Assembly (NCBI GenBank): GCA_043750125.1
Contig: JAYVCD010000139.1
Span: 1-17,001 of the forward strand
DNA from: Archangiaceae bacterium
Lineage (GTDB): Bacteria; Myxococcota; Myxococcia; Myxococcales; Myxococcaceae
Direction of reading: 5' to 3'
Length of the DNA stretch: 17,001 nucleotides
The position numbers and the translations under genes are program-made. Positions 15,381 through 17,001 of this stretch are shown one piece after another. Numbering within the stretch: the first letter of the stretch is position 1; every line of letters begins with the position of its first letter. The notes under the pieces were generated by a model. The model ran no database searches. It was given only the letters and a program-made list of their open reading frames with translations, and was not told where the DNA came from.

Positions 15381-17001
15381 GTGCTCATTGCCTGTGAGAA
15401 GTGCGCCACCACGTACGTCCTCGACGAGCGACTGATTCCGGCCGCGGGCGCTCCCGTTCAGTGCACGCGCTGCGGCCATGTCTTCACCGCCAGGCCCGGT
15501 GCCGCTGCCCCCATCGAGGCTCCCGCAACGGCGAACACTCCCCCTCCGCGCTCGACGATGATGTTCGGGAAGGAACCTCCGAAGACCAACAAGCAGACGA
15601 TGATGTTTGGCGCCGCTGCCGCCGCAAAGCCTCCCGCTGCTCCGCCCAACGCCACGCCCAACCAGACGATGATTTTCGGGGCCGGTGGACCCGCCCAGCC
15701 TGCCCCCGCGGGCGCTTCGCCCAACCAGACCATGATGTTCGGCGCGGTTCCTGCCCCCGCAGCTCCGGCCCCCGCCCCCGCGGCGGCCCGGCCCAACTCG
15801 CAGACCATGATGTTCGGCGCTCCTCCGGTGGCAGCGGCGCCCGCGCCTGCGCCGAACCGCACGATGATGTTCGGGATCCCCACCGCCGAGAAACCCAACG
15901 CGCAACCGTTGCCCTCTCGCACCATGATTTTCGGGGCCAAAGAGGCCGCGGCCAATCCGTCCAAGCTCACCGAGCGGACCGTTCAGATCGGGCCCGATGA
16001 CCTTCAGCGGATGATGCGCGAGCACGACGCGAAGACCACCCAGCCCGACGCGCAGACCCCGCAGGCCGGGAACGCGGCCGTAGGTTCTTCGCAGAAGACC
16101 CAGATGTTCGCGATGGCTGACTTCCAACCCTCGGATGCTGCGACTCCTTCAGAGGGCGCAGACGCGATTTCCCGGGGAAGTGGGGTCCCCCCGCAGGTGC
16201 AGGCGCGTCACGACCGGACCGCGATGTTCGCGATGACTCCCGAGGGGTCGACGCTTCCCCCGTTGATTTCTGCAGAGCCCAGGCCTGCCGATCGTCCGAA
16301 CGTCCGGTTTGATCCTGCGCTGCTCGAAACGCTGCCTCCCGGTGATACCGATTCTCATCCTCCGGTGCGCTCCACGATGATCTTCGGAGCCTCGCCCGCC
16401 GCTTCCGCGCGGCCCGACCTGATCTCCACCACCCTGCCGAACCTGCCTCCGCTGCGGGTCAAGGCCCCCACGCAGAGCCTCGAATCGGAAGCGGACCCGT
16501 CGGCCGGCGAGGCGGAAGACGATGTCGCGGCGGCGCTCGGGCAGCAGGTGAAGCGCCGAAATCGCCTCGCGCTGATCCTCGTCGGGCTCGCGGTGCTCGG
16601 CGCCGTCGGAGCGGTCGGCTGGAAAATGTTGGGTGGCAAGCTGTCGGGCAAGGCGGTGCCGCTCGAGGCAATGCAAGCCGTCGAGAGCGGCATGGCTGAG
16701 CTGCGCAAAGACGACACCGCGTCGAAAGCGGCCGCGGTCAAGGCGCTGTCCGCGGTGGTGAAGGCCCAGCCGCACTTCGTCGAGGCCCATGCTGGCCTCG
16801 TCACTGCGCTCACCCTTCAGCTCGATGATCTGCAGCAGCGGGCCAAGCGCCTGGACAAAGCGGCCGAAGAACGCAACGCACGCATCTCGCGGTACGGGAA
16901 AGAGAAGACTCCCGGCGATTGGGAAGCCCGGGCCAACGCGCTGGTCGCCGAAGTCGGCTCGATCAAGAAGGACTACGATCCTCTCGTTGCCAACGCGCGC
17001 G
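15381..17001 (+). CDS. MJ0042-type zinc-ribbon membrane protein with Pro/Ala-rich TMMFG-repeat region (partial, >540 aa)
   Basis: Hand translation: MLIACEKCATTYVLDERLIPAAGAPVQCTRCGHVF, a long low-complexity linker, TM helix (KRRNR-LALILVGLAVLGAVGAVGW, 16566-16622), then a helical domain. No stop before the window end, hence missing from the ORF track. Confidence 0.9.
   Translation, partial: MLIACEKCATTYVLDERLIPAAGAPVQCTRCGHVFTARPGAAAPIEAPATANTPPPRSTMMFGKEPPKTNKQTMMFGAAAAAKPPAAPPNATPNQTMIFGAGGPAQPAPAGASPNQTMMFGAVPAPAAPAPAPAAARPNSQTMMFGAPPVAAAPAPAPNRTMMFGIPTAEKPNAQPLPSRTMIFGAKEAAANPSKLTERTVQIGPDDLQRMMREHDAKTTQPDAQTPQAGNAAVGSSQKTQMFAMADFQPSDAATPSEGADAISRGSGVPPQVQARHDRTAMFAMTPEGSTLPPLISAEPRPADRPNVRFDPALLETLPPGDTDSHPPVRSTMIFGASPAASARPDLISTTLPNLPPLRVKAPTQSLESEADPSAGEAEDDVAAALGQQVKRRNRLALILVGLAVLGAVGAVGWKMLGGKLSGKAVPLEAMQAVESGMAELRKDDTASKAAAVKALSAVVKAQPHFVEAHAGLVTALTLQLDDLQQRAKRLDKAAEERNARISRYGKEKTPGDWEARANALVAEVGSIKKDYDPLVANAR
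15555..16388 (+). repeat. Coding repeat array, AC[GC]ATGAT[GTC]TT[CT]GG = T-M-[MI]-F-G x8 plus 3 degenerate copies
   Basis: Thr codons at 15555, 15597, 15666, 15729, 15804, 15861, 15921, 16374; degenerate copies TVQIG 15978, TQMFA 16098, TAMFA 16218. All are in frame. Confidence 0.9.

Noticed and set aside
15555-15935. CRISPR-like pattern of short direct repeats with unique spacers
   Set aside because: Repeats are only ~14-15 nt, vary at codon third positions, and have periods of 42, 69, 63, 75, 57 and 60 nt (all multiples of 3) inside an open frame; no cas genes. It is a protein-level repeat.
15348-16813. Track ORFs 15348-16127, 15401-16000, 15458-15970, 16149-16790 and 16355-16813
   Set aside because: Alternative frames of the zinc-ribbon gene starting at 15381; their apparent repeats (PNIMV, EHH, DDDVR) are echoes of TMMFG.

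Overview
GC-rich bacterial chromosomal segment, most likely Myxococcota (inferred from the tandem FHA genes, the giant TPR protein and the MJ0042-type zinc-ribbon/Pro-rich/TM protein). Gene order: 5' end of an MFS transporter (-), two paralogous FHA proteins (-), greA, recG, a small secreted hypothetical, a triple zinc-ribbon protein, a 2-TM hypothetical, tmk and a stand-alone CinA/COG1058 protein (all +), a ~1670-aa TPR protein and hutH (-), then aspartate kinase lysC, a ComEA-like HhH protein and a zinc-ribbon membrane protein running off the right edge (+; absent from the ORF track). I found no RNA genes, mobile elements or CRISPR arrays. Most notable: (1) an array of T-M-[MI]-F-G motifs in the last protein, candidate phospho-Thr/FHA docking sites or FG-like stickers; (2) tandem FHA paralogues with a Thr-containing N-terminal module; (3) a degenerate M48-peptidase-like C-terminus and exact 72-aa periodicity in the TPR protein; (4) 19-aa repeats in the zinc-ribbon protein; (5) an internal SD+ATG for an aspartate kinase beta subunit; (6) a Lys-less P-loop in Tmk; (7) several apparent leaderless or short-leader promoters. 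All assignments come from reading motifs; no database searches were run.
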